From Octopus bimaculoides (taxonomy: Eukaryota): a DNA stretch of 37,009 nt. Location: positions 31,879,364-31,916,372 of the forward strand of contig NC_068991.1 of the NCBI RefSeq assembly GCF_001194135.2, in the 5' to 3' direction. The notes under the pieces are model-generated. The model saw only the letters and a list, made by a program, of their open reading frames with translations, ran no database searches and was not told the DNA's origin. Below, one piece after another: positions 24,401 to 33,348 of this stretch (position 1 is the first letter of the stretch; each line of letters opens with the position of its first letter). Made by a program: the position numbers and the translations under genes.

Positions 24401-27400
24401 AAAGCAATGATGATCATCATCATCGTTTAACGTCCGCTTTCCATGCTAGCATGGGTTGGACGATTTGACTGAGGACTGGTGAACCAGATGGCTACACCAG
24501 GCTCCAATCTGATTTGGCAGAGTTTCTACAGTTGGATGCCCTTCCTAATGCCAACCACTCGGAGAGTGTAGTGGGTGCTTTTACGTGCCACCAGCACGAA
24601 GGCCAGTTACGCGGTACTGGCAACGGCCACGCTCAAAATGGTGTACTTTATGATGATGGGCCTCACAGTTACTACAAAGAGGAAATGAGAATGCAAGATA
24701 TTCATGCCTCTCTCTCAAATAATTAGCGAAACAGATGCAAATCTAAACTGAAATAAAAAATTTAGAATGCTAACAGAAGTTTCTCTTCTCTATGTTATTA
24801 AAGTTAGGATAATAATTGAACCATGGCATGGACCCTCTCACACACACAGCCAATAATGAAAGACAAGGCAAAGATATAATGGTAATGTTGACAAAGGTCT
24901 AGGAATAAGTATTAGAACTTCTTGGTGAAGATTCAAGTTGCAAAATAAATGAAAATATAAGGTGTTTATTTTAAGAACAACGAGTTATCTCCCTTGGTCT
25001 ATTTACGGTAAAGAGTTTGGATTAAATGACATAAAACAAATTTAGAAATAGATATTTGGGAGAGATGTAATTATTAGTATTATGCAAGCAAAGCATACCG
25101 TAGGTATGAAAATAAACTATGTGCCAGTTAGAGCCTAGGTTATTGTTGATAATAATGTATAATTATATGATCAAGAATATAAAATATTTAATAGTAGAGT
25201 GTAGTTTTAGTAAGAAAAAAGTTTTGAAATAGGTGATTAATGTTAGTGTTGGTACATATATTATATAGAATGCCTATATATTAGTAATTAAGTGGAGCAT
25301 GCACAGAGTATGAGTATAAAGTTTGTGGATGGTATGGAAATATATATACATGCATTCTATACAATTATATGTACTTATGTGGGTGAACTTACAATATTTA
25401 GGTACACGTATAAATGTATAATCAAGTATGTGAGGAAATGGTAAATGTGGAAAATGTATATAGTGCAAAGTAACATTGCAACGGGTATTAGAAAGGTTGT
25501 ATTAAGTTGATATAAAATTGTTTGAAGTTGGGATTAAGTTTTTTTTTTTTAAATGGTATTTAAAAATTATAGATTAAAAATGACTGTTAAAGATTAGAAA
25601 TAAATCTTAAAGAGTTAAATGATGTTATGGGAATAAGAAATGGTATTAAGAGTGGGTTACAAAATGATAAATGATATTTAGAGAGTATATAGGTAATACT
25701 TATTGAGCAAATTGAAACATTAAAAGGCAGGATTTAGATTTTAAAAATATGTAATTAAGGTGGAAAGTATGTATAATTAGAGTTGTTAGGTCTATATATA
25801 ATATATAAGGGTATTTATATCAGATGTATTATATATTATTATTTTGCCAGAAAGGAAGTGGGGAATTATTTATATTTAGAAAAAATATATTTGTGTACAT
25901 GTAAGCACTGGGAAAATTTCTCAGATCTATCATTTAAAAGTTTATGCTTAGAAAATAAAATGTACGTCTCAGTGAGCAGGTTTTGGCCAGCGGTTCGTAT
26001 GCATGAGCATTACTTAGAATTTTCCATTTAATTTTATAAGTTATATTGCTATCATTTAGTTTCCAGATAAATTTACTTAGGCCAGTGCTATTTCGTTTAT
26101 TAGCATTTCTAAAGGAGGTCTGATGGTTTGCAAGTCTAGATTTTACATAACACGAGGTTGCTCCGACATAATAAAAATATTTGCCTTCCACTTCAACGGT
26201 TGCTTGGTATATTAGGTTTTTATGTTTGCAGTAATTTTTAAATTTATATTTTTCTTTAACCCTGCAATCACAGAAATCATTTAAATAGTTATTAGATGTG
26301 TTATTTGTGTTAGTATTATTGTTCATGTGTTGTCTAGATATATTATGTCTGGCATTTAAGTTTGTTTGGATAATATTTGTGTTTGTATTTAGAGAGGTGT
26401 TCTTTCTATTTGTGTAATATGCATAAGTACTTACTTATTAGGTTTACTTTCGCCTAGCTAGATTCTGGCCCCATATAGTACACACATAGTAAACAATCCG
26501 AGGACTTTAGACTTATTTATAGAGAACATATCTAAATAATTTAGTCATTGACCCTAAAATTTCGAATAACACTACCATGCATGTAGGTCCTATTAGCTAA
26601 CACTAATAACTTCAATAATGTTTATAACAATATTATACTAATAATCATTAGTGGATAGGAACCTAGACTCTTTTAACTTCATATAACACTTCCTAAACAA
26701 TTAAAATAGGAGTATAGTAGAAGTTGCCCAATGACATAATTTACACAAGTAGATAGACTTGAAATTTCTCCAACCACTATATTTTTCCAATCACTATATT
26801 ATTACTATTATATTATTACTATTATTATAATTTTTCTTCGTACTTTATTTTTTAACTTACATCTTAATTTTCATTTCATCTTATTTTATTTTTTACATTT
26901 TCAATTTACTTTTTACCCCTTCATTTTATGTCTACCTCTTTGTATCTTTTATGTATTTCCAAATATATCTGATGGTTTCTGATAGTTTTGCTATTTTACA
27001 TCTTTCTAACATCACCGATTCATTCTGTCAGTATTTTTACTACTTCTAATGCTCTTTCACTATTATGTTTTTAAAAACGATTCTTGTAAAACTTTATTTC
27101 TTAAAATTGATTGTTGTAAAACTCTATTCCTATAGAACCTTATATCTCTATATCAATTATTTCACTTATTGTTAATTTGCTGCTCCCTTTTAACACTTAT
27201 ATTTATTTCTTTTCTTTTCAAATCATTTCCTTTATTGTTCATCTCTCATTTCAACTTGTTGTTACTTAATACCAGGTCTATTGGCAGATCTAAAAAACTT
27301 TTTTTTTAATTCAAAAAATTTTTTTTGAATATACGTAACTCAATCTATTGAGAATAGTATATTAAATATAACTGTTACATACTCAAAAACAAGATATACA

Positions 27401-30400
27401 CTTGTAAGGTGTATTGTATGTGTGTATACATGGATGGACGTGCGTGCATGTATGCGGATACTATACAAGGAGATATATCTATATATGTACATGTGATTAA
27501 GGATATGTGGATATGTGAGTGTATGTATATGGTTACTAGGGTGTAACTGTAGATATATATGGAGATGTGTGTGTATATTCATATATTTAGAGCTGTGCCT
27601 AAAGAGGCGAACTTGTATATGCTCGAGCATGTTAGCGTATGTATCTGTATGAGTGTGTGTGTATACACACACATATACTTATACTATGACTTCTATGTAT
27701 GTGTATGTACCCATGTAATAGATAAGTTTATAAAGCTAGGAATATTTAGTGGTGTGCTTGGGTAAACTGACCATTCATCACAATGATATCATATTACAAC
27801 CTTAATCTCTAATTCAACCAGCAGTCAAGCTAGGAAATTATTTATGACCCCTAACATCTCATCCAAGCCAACATCCTATTCTCAGCTCTATATTATTTTA
27901 TCTGTTTATCTCTTATTTTATTTTATGTTTTTATTTCTCTTGTTACTTTATTCCAATTTTGCTAAATCTTATTTATATATGTATCTAACTTTATTATTCT
28001 TATTTTACTTTTATTACTTTTTTTACTTCTATTATTTTTATTTTATTTTTTACTTTCTATGTCTTACCTTTTATCTTTTCTTTCTATCTTATATGCAGGA
28101 GTTAAATATAAACTTAATCCAATCTATTTATCATTCACTTTATGCTGAATAGTGATACAGTATGGGCAGATTTTTGAAATCCAATGAACCTTTATACAAA
28201 TATACCTTTTCAAAGGGATGTGATAAACCTATTATAATGGGTAATACTAAGTGTACTTTTCCTTTGGTGATGTAATCTTTGGACTAACAATGTTCTGCAG
28301 CTGAAGAGAGCTTTAAACCATCTTTTATATCAATAATATACCTATGCTGNNNNNNNNNNNNNNNNNNNNNNNNNNNNNNNNNNNNNNNNNNNNNNNNNNN
28401 NNNNNNNNNNNNNNNNNNNNNNNNNNNNNNNNNNNNNNNNNNNNNNNNNTACAATCATTTCATGTGACTCCATTTAATTAAGCAATGTGAACATTACATT
28501 AAATATAACATGCAGAGCTGTGGTAGGTTATACAAAGGCGAAACATGCCACCCCTTCAAAATAAGGGTAGAGGAACATCGCAAAGCTGTGAGATGAGGAG
28601 ATATTGATAAATCGGGTATAGCTTATCATGTATGGAAAATTGGAGACCACCTCCCCCTGTAATATGAAGTTAAAATAATAGACCAGAGAACACCACTGGA
28701 AAATATGAAAACTAAAAGAAACAGCACATATGCTAGGACACAACAACCTCCTAAGCAGACCGAGTGCAGATATGAATAGCATATGGGAACCGGTATTAAG
28801 GAAGGATAGGAAAATATTAGATTTATAAGCCCTAAAATTCACTCCATAATTGTCCATGGGCATATGGCATCGTAGTTAAGAGCACGGGCTACTAACCCCA
28901 AGATTCCGAGTTCGATTAATAATAATAATAATAACAACATCGAAAAATACCTTAGGAATGAGAACCCAGGTTCGAAATTTCCCGAAGACACCTGATGAAG
29001 GCTGGAGGTTATATCAACCAAAACATTGTGTTAACAACAAACAAGATGAGGACAAATATCCATCAAATGTAAATAATGTATGATCCACTTTGTCAAAAGC
29101 TTTTGCAAAATCAAGGTATTTTACGTCCACATTTGAGTTGTTGAGTAATTGCCTCAACACCCAGTCATAATGTTGTAAGAGCTGGGACAGGCAGCTCCTA
29201 CCTGGTTGAAAGCCATGCTGGGTATCACTCAGCAAGTTATTTTCTTCAAGGAATGAGATTAGTTTTACTCTGACTATCCTTTCCATAACTTTGCTGATGT
29301 GTGAAGTCAGAGAGATAGGCCTATAGTCTTTGGCATCTGCTCTGCTTCCCCCTTTATGGATTGGGCATATTATTCTCTCCTTCAGCTTGCTTGGCAGTCT
29401 GCCGTTTGAAAGAAAGCCCTGGAAGAGGATCTGGAGGGGTTTTGCCAGGGCACGCTTACACGATTTGAGGAGGATTGCTGGGAAACCATCAGGACCAGCA
29501 GTTGAGTTTGCGTCCACCTCATCTATGGCTAGTAGTATATCTTCTTTGCTAATATTGATATATTCCATCGTAATTACCTCGCTGGTTACATGTAAGGTGG
29601 CAAAGAAGTCCACTGGTTCATTCACTTGTCTGTGTCTCAATGGGGTGGTAAAGACACTTTTGAGCTGGTCATTCAGTACCTCATTGATCCTGGTTGGACT
29701 ATCTGTGAAGGAGCCATCCTTCTGGAAGAGGGGTCCTATCTTGCAGCGTACTGAGGTTAAAATACCCATGTAAGTGATAGAAGTATTCATTACACTACTG
29801 GTATATTGCCTATGTTTAACCATGGGCATACTTATGCAAACATATTATGCTCATAAATTATAGATAGACAAGGATATACATGAGTTTATTAAAAATCAAA
29901 ATTTAAAGAAAATAGAAAATGGAGAAATATTTATGAACAACAATTGGCTTACATCATCATCAATGATCAATTAGTATTTACTAATTCAATGCAAATAGAC
30001 TGCATCCCATCTAACAGCTGTTTCTGCTTACAATGTTGTATGGTACTGAAAATGATATGCTAGATTTATCATATTTGGTAGTAAAACCGATCTGAAACAA
30101 AGAGCTTCATCAGAGTGAAGAGTAAATAAAGAAGAGCATAGAGAAGAAAAAGGGAAAAGATAATATGGTTGTAATCATACCATTTTGCTTGTGTGTCTCT
30201 TTGGGACATTAAGTAAATGACTAAACCAAAATAGCAATTGGTGGATTAATCCTTTGTACAGGTGAGGGTTAGGATGGATAAATGACAAAAAAATTTTCAA
30301 TAATAGTGGGATACGCCAATAGGTTTTAGTTGGAGAAGGGACGGAGATACAATAAGGTTTAAGATTAATTATAATAATTTATAATTATGTTTGTACTACT

Positions 30401-31585
30401 AATTAATAGTATTAATCATAATAAAGTGCTAATCAGTTAAATGTCATTGCTGATTCTATTCTCTTCTTTCTTAATTCTAATTTCATCTCTTTGTCCTTTC
30501 TCCAATTTTTCTCACAACTTTCTTTGCCTTCATTCAATTCTCAGCCTGAGAGATAAAATTGATGTGGAACCCAAATATCAAGCTTCTTAATGAATCCAAA
30601 ACATTTTAAGTGATTTTCAATTGTTGTGTGTGATAAATTTAACCTATCTGCAATCTCTTGCACAGTTAAAAGACAATCAGATTCAATTATGGCTTTGATT
30701 CGGTTATCATCAACTGCAGTAGGTCAACTAGAACATTGGTCATCTTTGAGTGAAAAATCTCCAGAACGGAAATTTTTAAACCATTTCTGACATGTGCATT
30801 CTGTTTAGCAATCAACACCATAAACTTCACATATCTCTTTGTGAGCCTCAGCAGTTTTCTTGCCTTTACAGAAATAAAAAAGCAAAATATGGTGAAAATG
30901 TTCGTTTTTGCACTCCATGTTAAAATTGACACTAACAGCTGTAAACAAAATTACAAGCAATTTGCTTCTAAAGTAAGCTAAGAGTAACATTTATCAAATG
31001 TCAAAAGGAAAAAATCATAACACTGATAAAAGTCATTCAAAAAAATTGTAACTCTATTTGTGAAAAATGAAATTACTTTCTTGCCAACCCAATAGAAGAC
31101 ACTCACCCATAGTACCATGCAGTAAGAATGAACCCAAAACCCTGTAGTTACAAAGTGAACATCATAACCATACAGCCATGCCTTGTTAGCCAAAGCAGAA
31201 CATTTCTAGTTTACTAAAATACTAGTTTACATTTGCGATTTATATCAAAATTGAGTTTAGAATTAAGTCAAAGTTATTTGTTATAAAGTCCTTAAGAACT
31301 ATAAAACCATATCTAAATCGACAAACTTTGAAACACTTTGATAAACAAGTCCATCTAAAATACAATTTTATCAGAAGGTTCCTATAATCAACAAGTAACA
31401 GTTAAACAATTAAATATAAAAATAAACTTACTCTGAACATTTGTAAGACTGTGCAACTGGTTCACTCGCTGTCATTTCTTCTTTATCATCATCTTTTACT
31501 TCTTTATCATCATCTTTTACTTCTTTATCATCATCTTTTACTTCTTTATCATCATCTTTTACTTCTTTATCATCATCTTTTACTT
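4771..31585 (-). CDS. UBXN1: UBX domain protein 1 (UBXN1/SAKS1-like), 5'-partial, 8 visible coding exons
   Basis: join(31432-31585, 24174-24305, 22053-22172, 18323-18394, 15432-15480, 14534-14656, 7631-7814, 4771-4805) is 869 nt. All visible splice sites are AG/GT and the phases match. Product ...[26 protein letters not shown]...[14 protein letters not shown]...[13 protein letters not shown]...[34 protein letters not shown]...AFPRKVY...[12 protein letters not shown] resembles UBXN1 (recalled: [31 protein letters not shown]). Confidence 0.93.
5269..5872 (-). mobile_element. RTE LINE 3' UTR/tail copy with an internal 66-bp minisatellite
   Basis: Starts at GCCAAGTGAG (compare GCCAAGTGAA at about 3652) and ends ...AGACGTTAAACGATGATGATGATGAT. 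Confidence 0.8.
5425..5737. repeat. 66-bp tandem repeat, about 4.7 diverged units
   Basis: Units start at 5425, 5491, 5557, 5623 and 5688 (GTGCCACC.GCAC...GCCAGTCAG..CTGG.AAC...CGCTC..ATGGTG.TTTT). Confidence 0.85.
7300..7556 (+). mobile_element. RTE LINE 3' tail copy
   Basis: GTTAAGAAGGGCACTCAGCCATAGAAACC...TCCAACCCATGCCAGCATGGAAAACAGACATTAAAGAATGATGATGATG. Confidence 0.8.
7631..7814 (-). CDS. UBXN1: UBXN1-like exon encoding the UBX domain core (IRLPTG...AFPRK...SLLQL)
   Basis: Acceptor tttttctag, donor gtaact; 61 codons plus 1 nt; R...FPR UBX signature. Confidence 0.95.
8750..9310. repeat. (TA)n/(TAGA)n/(TATG)n microsatellite cluster around assembly gap 8839-9054
   Basis: Direct reading of the sequence. 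Confidence 0.9.
9640..14005 (+). mobile_element. Near full-length decayed RTE-group LINE (AP endonuclease, RT with PHD-like insert, long CT-rich 3' UTR, GAT tail), antisense to host
   Basis: [114 protein letters not shown]; many stops and frameshifts; tail ...ACATTAAACGATGATGATG at about 14005. Confidence 0.92.
10172..10313. mobile_element. 142-bp solo-LTR-like insertion (TG...CA termini, 5-bp TSD GTCCT)
   Basis: Termini TGTTATGTC and GACACAACA form an 8/9 inverted match. TSD at 10167-10171 and 10314-10318. Removing it restores the RTE frame FYKVLLQTT. Confidence 0.75.
14534..14656 (-). CDS. UBXN1: UBXN1-like exon NDKRRQGG...[10 protein letters not shown]
   Basis: Acceptor ttccttccag, donor gtaagt; 41 codons; phase 0/0. 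Confidence 0.9.
14730..15018 (+). mobile_element. Mariner 3' fragment (transposase C-terminus and right TIR)
   Basis: ...[22 protein letters not shown] resembles the mariner C-terminus; GCCAGGAACTTTTCAGTACCTCTCATA resembles a mariner TIR. Confidence 0.65.
15432..15480 (-). CDS. UBXN1: UBXN1-like exon (R)[16 protein letters not shown]
   Basis: Acceptor gttgaacag, donor gtaagt; 49 nt; phase 2/0. Confidence 0.9.
16456..16650 (+). mobile_element. Apparently young RTE 3' tail with long (GAT)n, inserted in a (TA)n tract
   Basis: GTTAGGAAGGGCATCCAGCTGTAGAAAC...GCGGACGTTAAACGATGATGAT...; near-identical to the inverted copy at 24412-24580. Confidence 0.85.
17217..17288 (+). ncRNA. Type I hammerhead ribozyme motif
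   Basis: Stem I GGCCAGATAA / TTATC(A)TGGCT; core CTGAAGA (17227-17233); stem II GATG..GCGG / CCGC..CATC; GAAA (17265-17268); stem III ACT-cat-AGT; cleavage triplet GUU. Confidence 0.75.
17397..17802 (-). mobile_element. Full-length tRNA-derived SINE with GTAAAAGA-type repeated tail
   Basis: Head AGGCGTAGGAGTGGCTGTGTGGTAAG...GGGTTCAGTCCC (A/B-box-like), internal microsatellite, tail GACTGAAACAAGTAAAAGAGTAAAAGAG. Other copies at 32145 and 33015. Confidence 0.85.
18323..18394 (-). CDS. UBXN1: UBXN1-like exon (Y)[23 protein letters not shown](R)
   Basis: Acceptor ttgatttag, donor gtaggt; 72 nt; phase 2/2. Confidence 0.9.
18473..18665 (-). mobile_element. RTE 3' tail copy
   Basis: ATCATCATCATC...CATGGGTTGGACAGTTTGAC...GGATGTCCTTCCTAACACCAACC. 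Confidence 0.75.
20828..20873 (-). ncRNA. HHR-like motif, left arm (core, stems II/III and triplet present; stem I unmatched)
   Basis: Minus strand: CTGATGA-AGGG-AAATAA-CCTG-GAAA-TTGCG-ATT-CACAGATATTGTT. Confidence 0.6.
20874..20930 (+). ncRNA. HHR-like motif, right arm (cleavage triplet damaged; stem I unmatched)
   Basis: CTGTG-CTGATGA-AGGG-AAATAA-CCCG-GAAA-TTGCG-A-AACAGATATT. Confidence 0.55.
21305..21430. repeat. (TA)n/(CA)n microsatellite
   Basis: Direct reading of the sequence. Confidence 0.9.
22053..22172 (-). CDS. UBXN1: UBXN1-like coiled-coil exon (R)[39 protein letters not shown](Y)
   Basis: Acceptor ttgaatttag, donor gtaaga; 120 nt; phase 2/2. Confidence 0.92.
22298..22710 (-). 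mobile_element. Decayed RTE-tail variant plus decayed SINE 5' half
   Basis: CCATGCTTGCATGGGTTGGATGG...; GGCTTCTTTCAGTTTCTATCTACCAAATC matches the SINE at about 17645-17670. Confidence 0.6.
22960..23625 (+). mobile_element. Old RTE 3' UTR variant (CT-rich region plus shared tail)
   Basis: Pyrimidine-rich tract, then GAAAGGGTATCTAGCCATAGAAACCATGCC...TCAAACTGTCCAAC. Confidence 0.55.
23850..24000 (-). mobile_element. Decayed SINE with Nin/Deu-like central domain
   Basis: Minus strand TTCAAATCCTGCAGAGGTCAACTTTGCTTTCCATCTGTTCAGGGTTGATAAAATGAAGTACC resembles the Nin/Deu SINE domain as recalled. Confidence 0.5.
24174..24305 (-). CDS. UBXN1: UBXN1-like exon: C2H2 finger 3' part, (D)[20 protein letters not shown]...KKEQLQ(R)
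   Basis: Acceptor atttctgtag, donor gtagtt; 132 nt; phase 2/2. Confidence 0.93.
24412..24650 (-). mobile_element. Apparently young RTE 3' tail with one 66-bp repeat unit
   Basis: Near-identical to 16456-16650 (inverted) and to 5269-5490. Confidence 0.85.
25934..26410 (-). mobile_element. Penelope-like element remnant: GIY-YIG endonuclease with Cys-rich leader
   Basis: CDCRVKEK...[26 protein letters not shown]...[13 protein letters not shown]...[11 protein letters not shown]...[11 protein letters not shown]...KTCSL. Confidence 0.8.
28505..28830 (+). mobile_element. Second Penelope-like GIY-YIG remnant (different lineage)
   Basis: [53 protein letters not shown] / [15 protein letters not shown]...SRPS..MNSIWEP, with stops and one frameshift. 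Confidence 0.8.
28858..29080 (+). mobile_element. tRNA-derived SINE whose 3' half contains a decayed HHR motif
   Basis: Head GGGCATATGGCATCGTAGTTAAGAGC...CCGAGTTCGATT (B box), (AAT)n, then GACAC-CTGATGA-AGGCTG...CAACC-AAAA-CATT-GTGTT at 28987-29032. Confidence 0.7.
29081..29760 (-). mobile_element. CR1-group LINE RT fragment
   Basis: [76 protein letters not shown]. Confidence 0.92.
30690..31094 (-). mobile_element. Mariner 5' fragment (left TIR and HTH region)
   Basis: TIR TATTGGGTTGGCAAGAAAGTAATT; [34 protein letters not shown]...[18 protein letters not shown]. Confidence 0.85.
31432..31585 (-). CDS. UBXN1: UBXN1-like exon (E)[VKDDDKE]x5[15 protein letters not shown](D)
   Basis: Strong polypyrimidine tract and first AG (ccaaag) at 31586; donor gtaagt at 31431. 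GA|C joins the next exon to complete CSDC. The exact acceptor is uncertain (NAGNAG). Confidence 0.8.
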
Positions 31586-31589
31586 CTTT
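31479..31589. repeat. Perfect 21-bp coding minisatellite, 5 units plus 6 bp
   Basis: TTCTTTATCATCATCTTTTAC at 31479, 31500, 31521, 31542 and 31563. Confidence 0.95.
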
Positions 31590-31714
31590 GGATACAGAAA
31601 TAAAACAGAAAAAAAAAAAAGAATAGTTAAATATATTTAGCAGGGAGAAAAGCTGAAAGTAATAGGTTTACCAACGTTGAGTAACAAGAGAATTAGAGGT
31701 ACAAGGTGCTTCAG

Positions 31715-31860
31715 ATTGCAAAGCACCTCACTAAATTCCACTCTGGACATATAGGTCACTCCAAGGTTATGGCAGAAGGCACTTGTTCAATGTGCCACAC
31801 AACAGGATTGAACCTGAAACCACGTAATTGCAAAGTGAGCTTCTTAACCACAAAGCCAAG
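31715..31860 (-). mobile_element. Decayed SINE 5' half
   Basis: Minus strand TGGCTTTGTGGTTAAGAAGCTCACTTTGC...GGTTCAATCCTGTTGTGTGGCACATTGAACAAGTGCCTTCTG. Confidence 0.65.
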
Positions 31861-32144
31861 CCTGATGATGATGATGATGATGACATAATTTAATATATCT
31901 AATATATACATACATTTTCATGTGTACACGTTTATTCAGATATTTGTAAAGTGTGTATATAAAGCTATATCTAATTACACACATTTTCATATGTATGCAC
32001 TTATACAGAAATTTGTAAATAGACACACCAACTTGGTTCCTTAGTTTCACTTCATAATGGAAGATATTTCTGGTGCATGTTTCTACATGATTCACTCTTC
32101 TATAAAAGTGGAAAATAATGATTCTTTTTAAAACTGACTTCCTT

Positions 32145-32462
32145 TATAGGTGTGACTGTGTGGTAAGAAGTTTGCTTCCCAATCACATAGTTTTGGGATC
32201 AGTCGCACTTGAGGAAGTGTCTTCTACTATAGCCTCAAGCATTGTGAGTGGATTTGGTAGGGAGAAACTGAAAGAAGCCCATTGTATGTGTGTGTGTGTT
32301 TGTGTGTTTACATCCCCAAAAACTTAGCAGTTCAGCAAAAGAAAACAATGGAATAAATATCAGGCTTAAAAAAGAAGTACTGGGGTCGATTCATTCACTA
32401 AAATTCTTCAAGGTGGTACCCCAGCATGGCCACAGTCTAATGATTGAAACAGGTAAAAGATT
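32145..32462 (+). mobile_element. Decayed SINE (same family as 17397-17802)
   Basis: GTGACTGTGTGGTAAGAAG...AAGTGTCTTCTACTATAGCC...CCAGCATGGCCACAGTC...GAAACAGGTAAAAGA. Confidence 0.8.
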
Positions 32463-33014
32463 TCTACACATTCATATACTGATAGTTACAGTTGAAACAC
32501 TATGATATCTAACATATTGGGTTCAGTAGTTTTAGATACATATGTATTTCAAATAGAAGGGTCAGTCATAGCTGGAGTATCTTTGATTGTATGTCTGGTG
32601 CTAAATAACAGTATATTCATACATCTACATTGACATCAACATGCACTAAGTTTTATATAAAGTCAGGTATGCTTAGGAGTTTACAAAGTCCATTTTGTAA
32701 TCAAGTGATTTCGGTTTTAATCTTTAGCAAATGTCTTTTACAATAGCCACAGGCCAAACAATTAATGCCCTGTGAATGGAACTGGTAGAATGAAACTGAA
32801 TAGAGGCCCATTGCATGCAAGTGTGTGAGAGAGAGAAAGAGAGTATCATCCACATGTCCGCATTAACATTATCTGAGCAAAAAACTATCTTTGTTTACTC
32901 AGTTTTTGATGGGTGTGAACCAGTGAAAATGAAAAAATACCTTACTTGGAAAATAGATGTATGTTGGTGATAAGATCATCCAGTCACAGATAATCTGCTT
33001 CAGCAAATTTTGTG

Positions 33015-33226
33015 TGTGTGAGTGTATATGTTTGTCCCCCCAACATCGCTCTACAACCGATGCTGGTGTGTTTATGTCCCCGTAACTTAGCGGTTCAGCA
33101 AAAGAGACTGATAGAATAAGTACTAGGCTTACAAAGAATAAGTCCTGGGGTCGATTTGTTCGACTAAAGGCGGTGCTCCAGCATGGCCACAGTCAAATGA
33201 CTGAAACAAGTAAAAGAGTAAAGAGT
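33015..33226 (+). mobile_element. SINE 3' half (same family as 17397-17802)
   Basis: Reverse complement of about 17400-17600; tail GTAAAAGAGTAAAGAG. Confidence 0.85.
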
Positions 33227-33247
33227 ATATATATATATATATATATA

Positions 33248-33348
33248 TCTGTAAATAATATGTGACAATTATGCAGTAGCCATGATAAAATTCTGAGTTT
33301 CGGATGTCGGGGCGGAAACCCACACCAGCATCCTTTCAGTTATCGGGC
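33248..33348 (-). ncRNA. Second copy of the 17.2-kb HHR family, core damaged
   Basis: GATAA-CTGAAAG-GATG...CATCC-GAAA-CTCAGAATT-TTATCATGGCT; truncated by gap 33349-34102. Confidence 0.65.

Noticed and set aside
28292-28330. CTGAAGA-GAGC motif before the gap
   Set aside because: No stem II partner or GAAA follows; not an HHR as visible.
28858-28920. tRNA gene, and a TACTAAC branch-point match
   Set aside because: It is a SINE head without an acceptor stem. TACTAAC is on the strand opposite the host and is part of the anticodon-like loop.
30060-30120. Minus-strand CTGATGAAGCTC
   Set aside because: No GAAA or stem I/III can be formed.
30480-30560. Strong minus-strand acceptor atctctcag followed by purine-rich sequence
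   Set aside because: Stops occur within five codons in all three frames, and the flanking exons already join in phase.
31479-31589. KDDDK resemblance to the FLAG/enterokinase motif
   Set aside because: Coincidental; no DYK or D4K sequence, and no vector sequence nearby.
32946-32996. Apparent exon IICDWMILSPTYIYFP with gtaagg donor
   Set aside because: Weak acceptor; the sequence matches the decayed repeat also seen at about 22360-22420.
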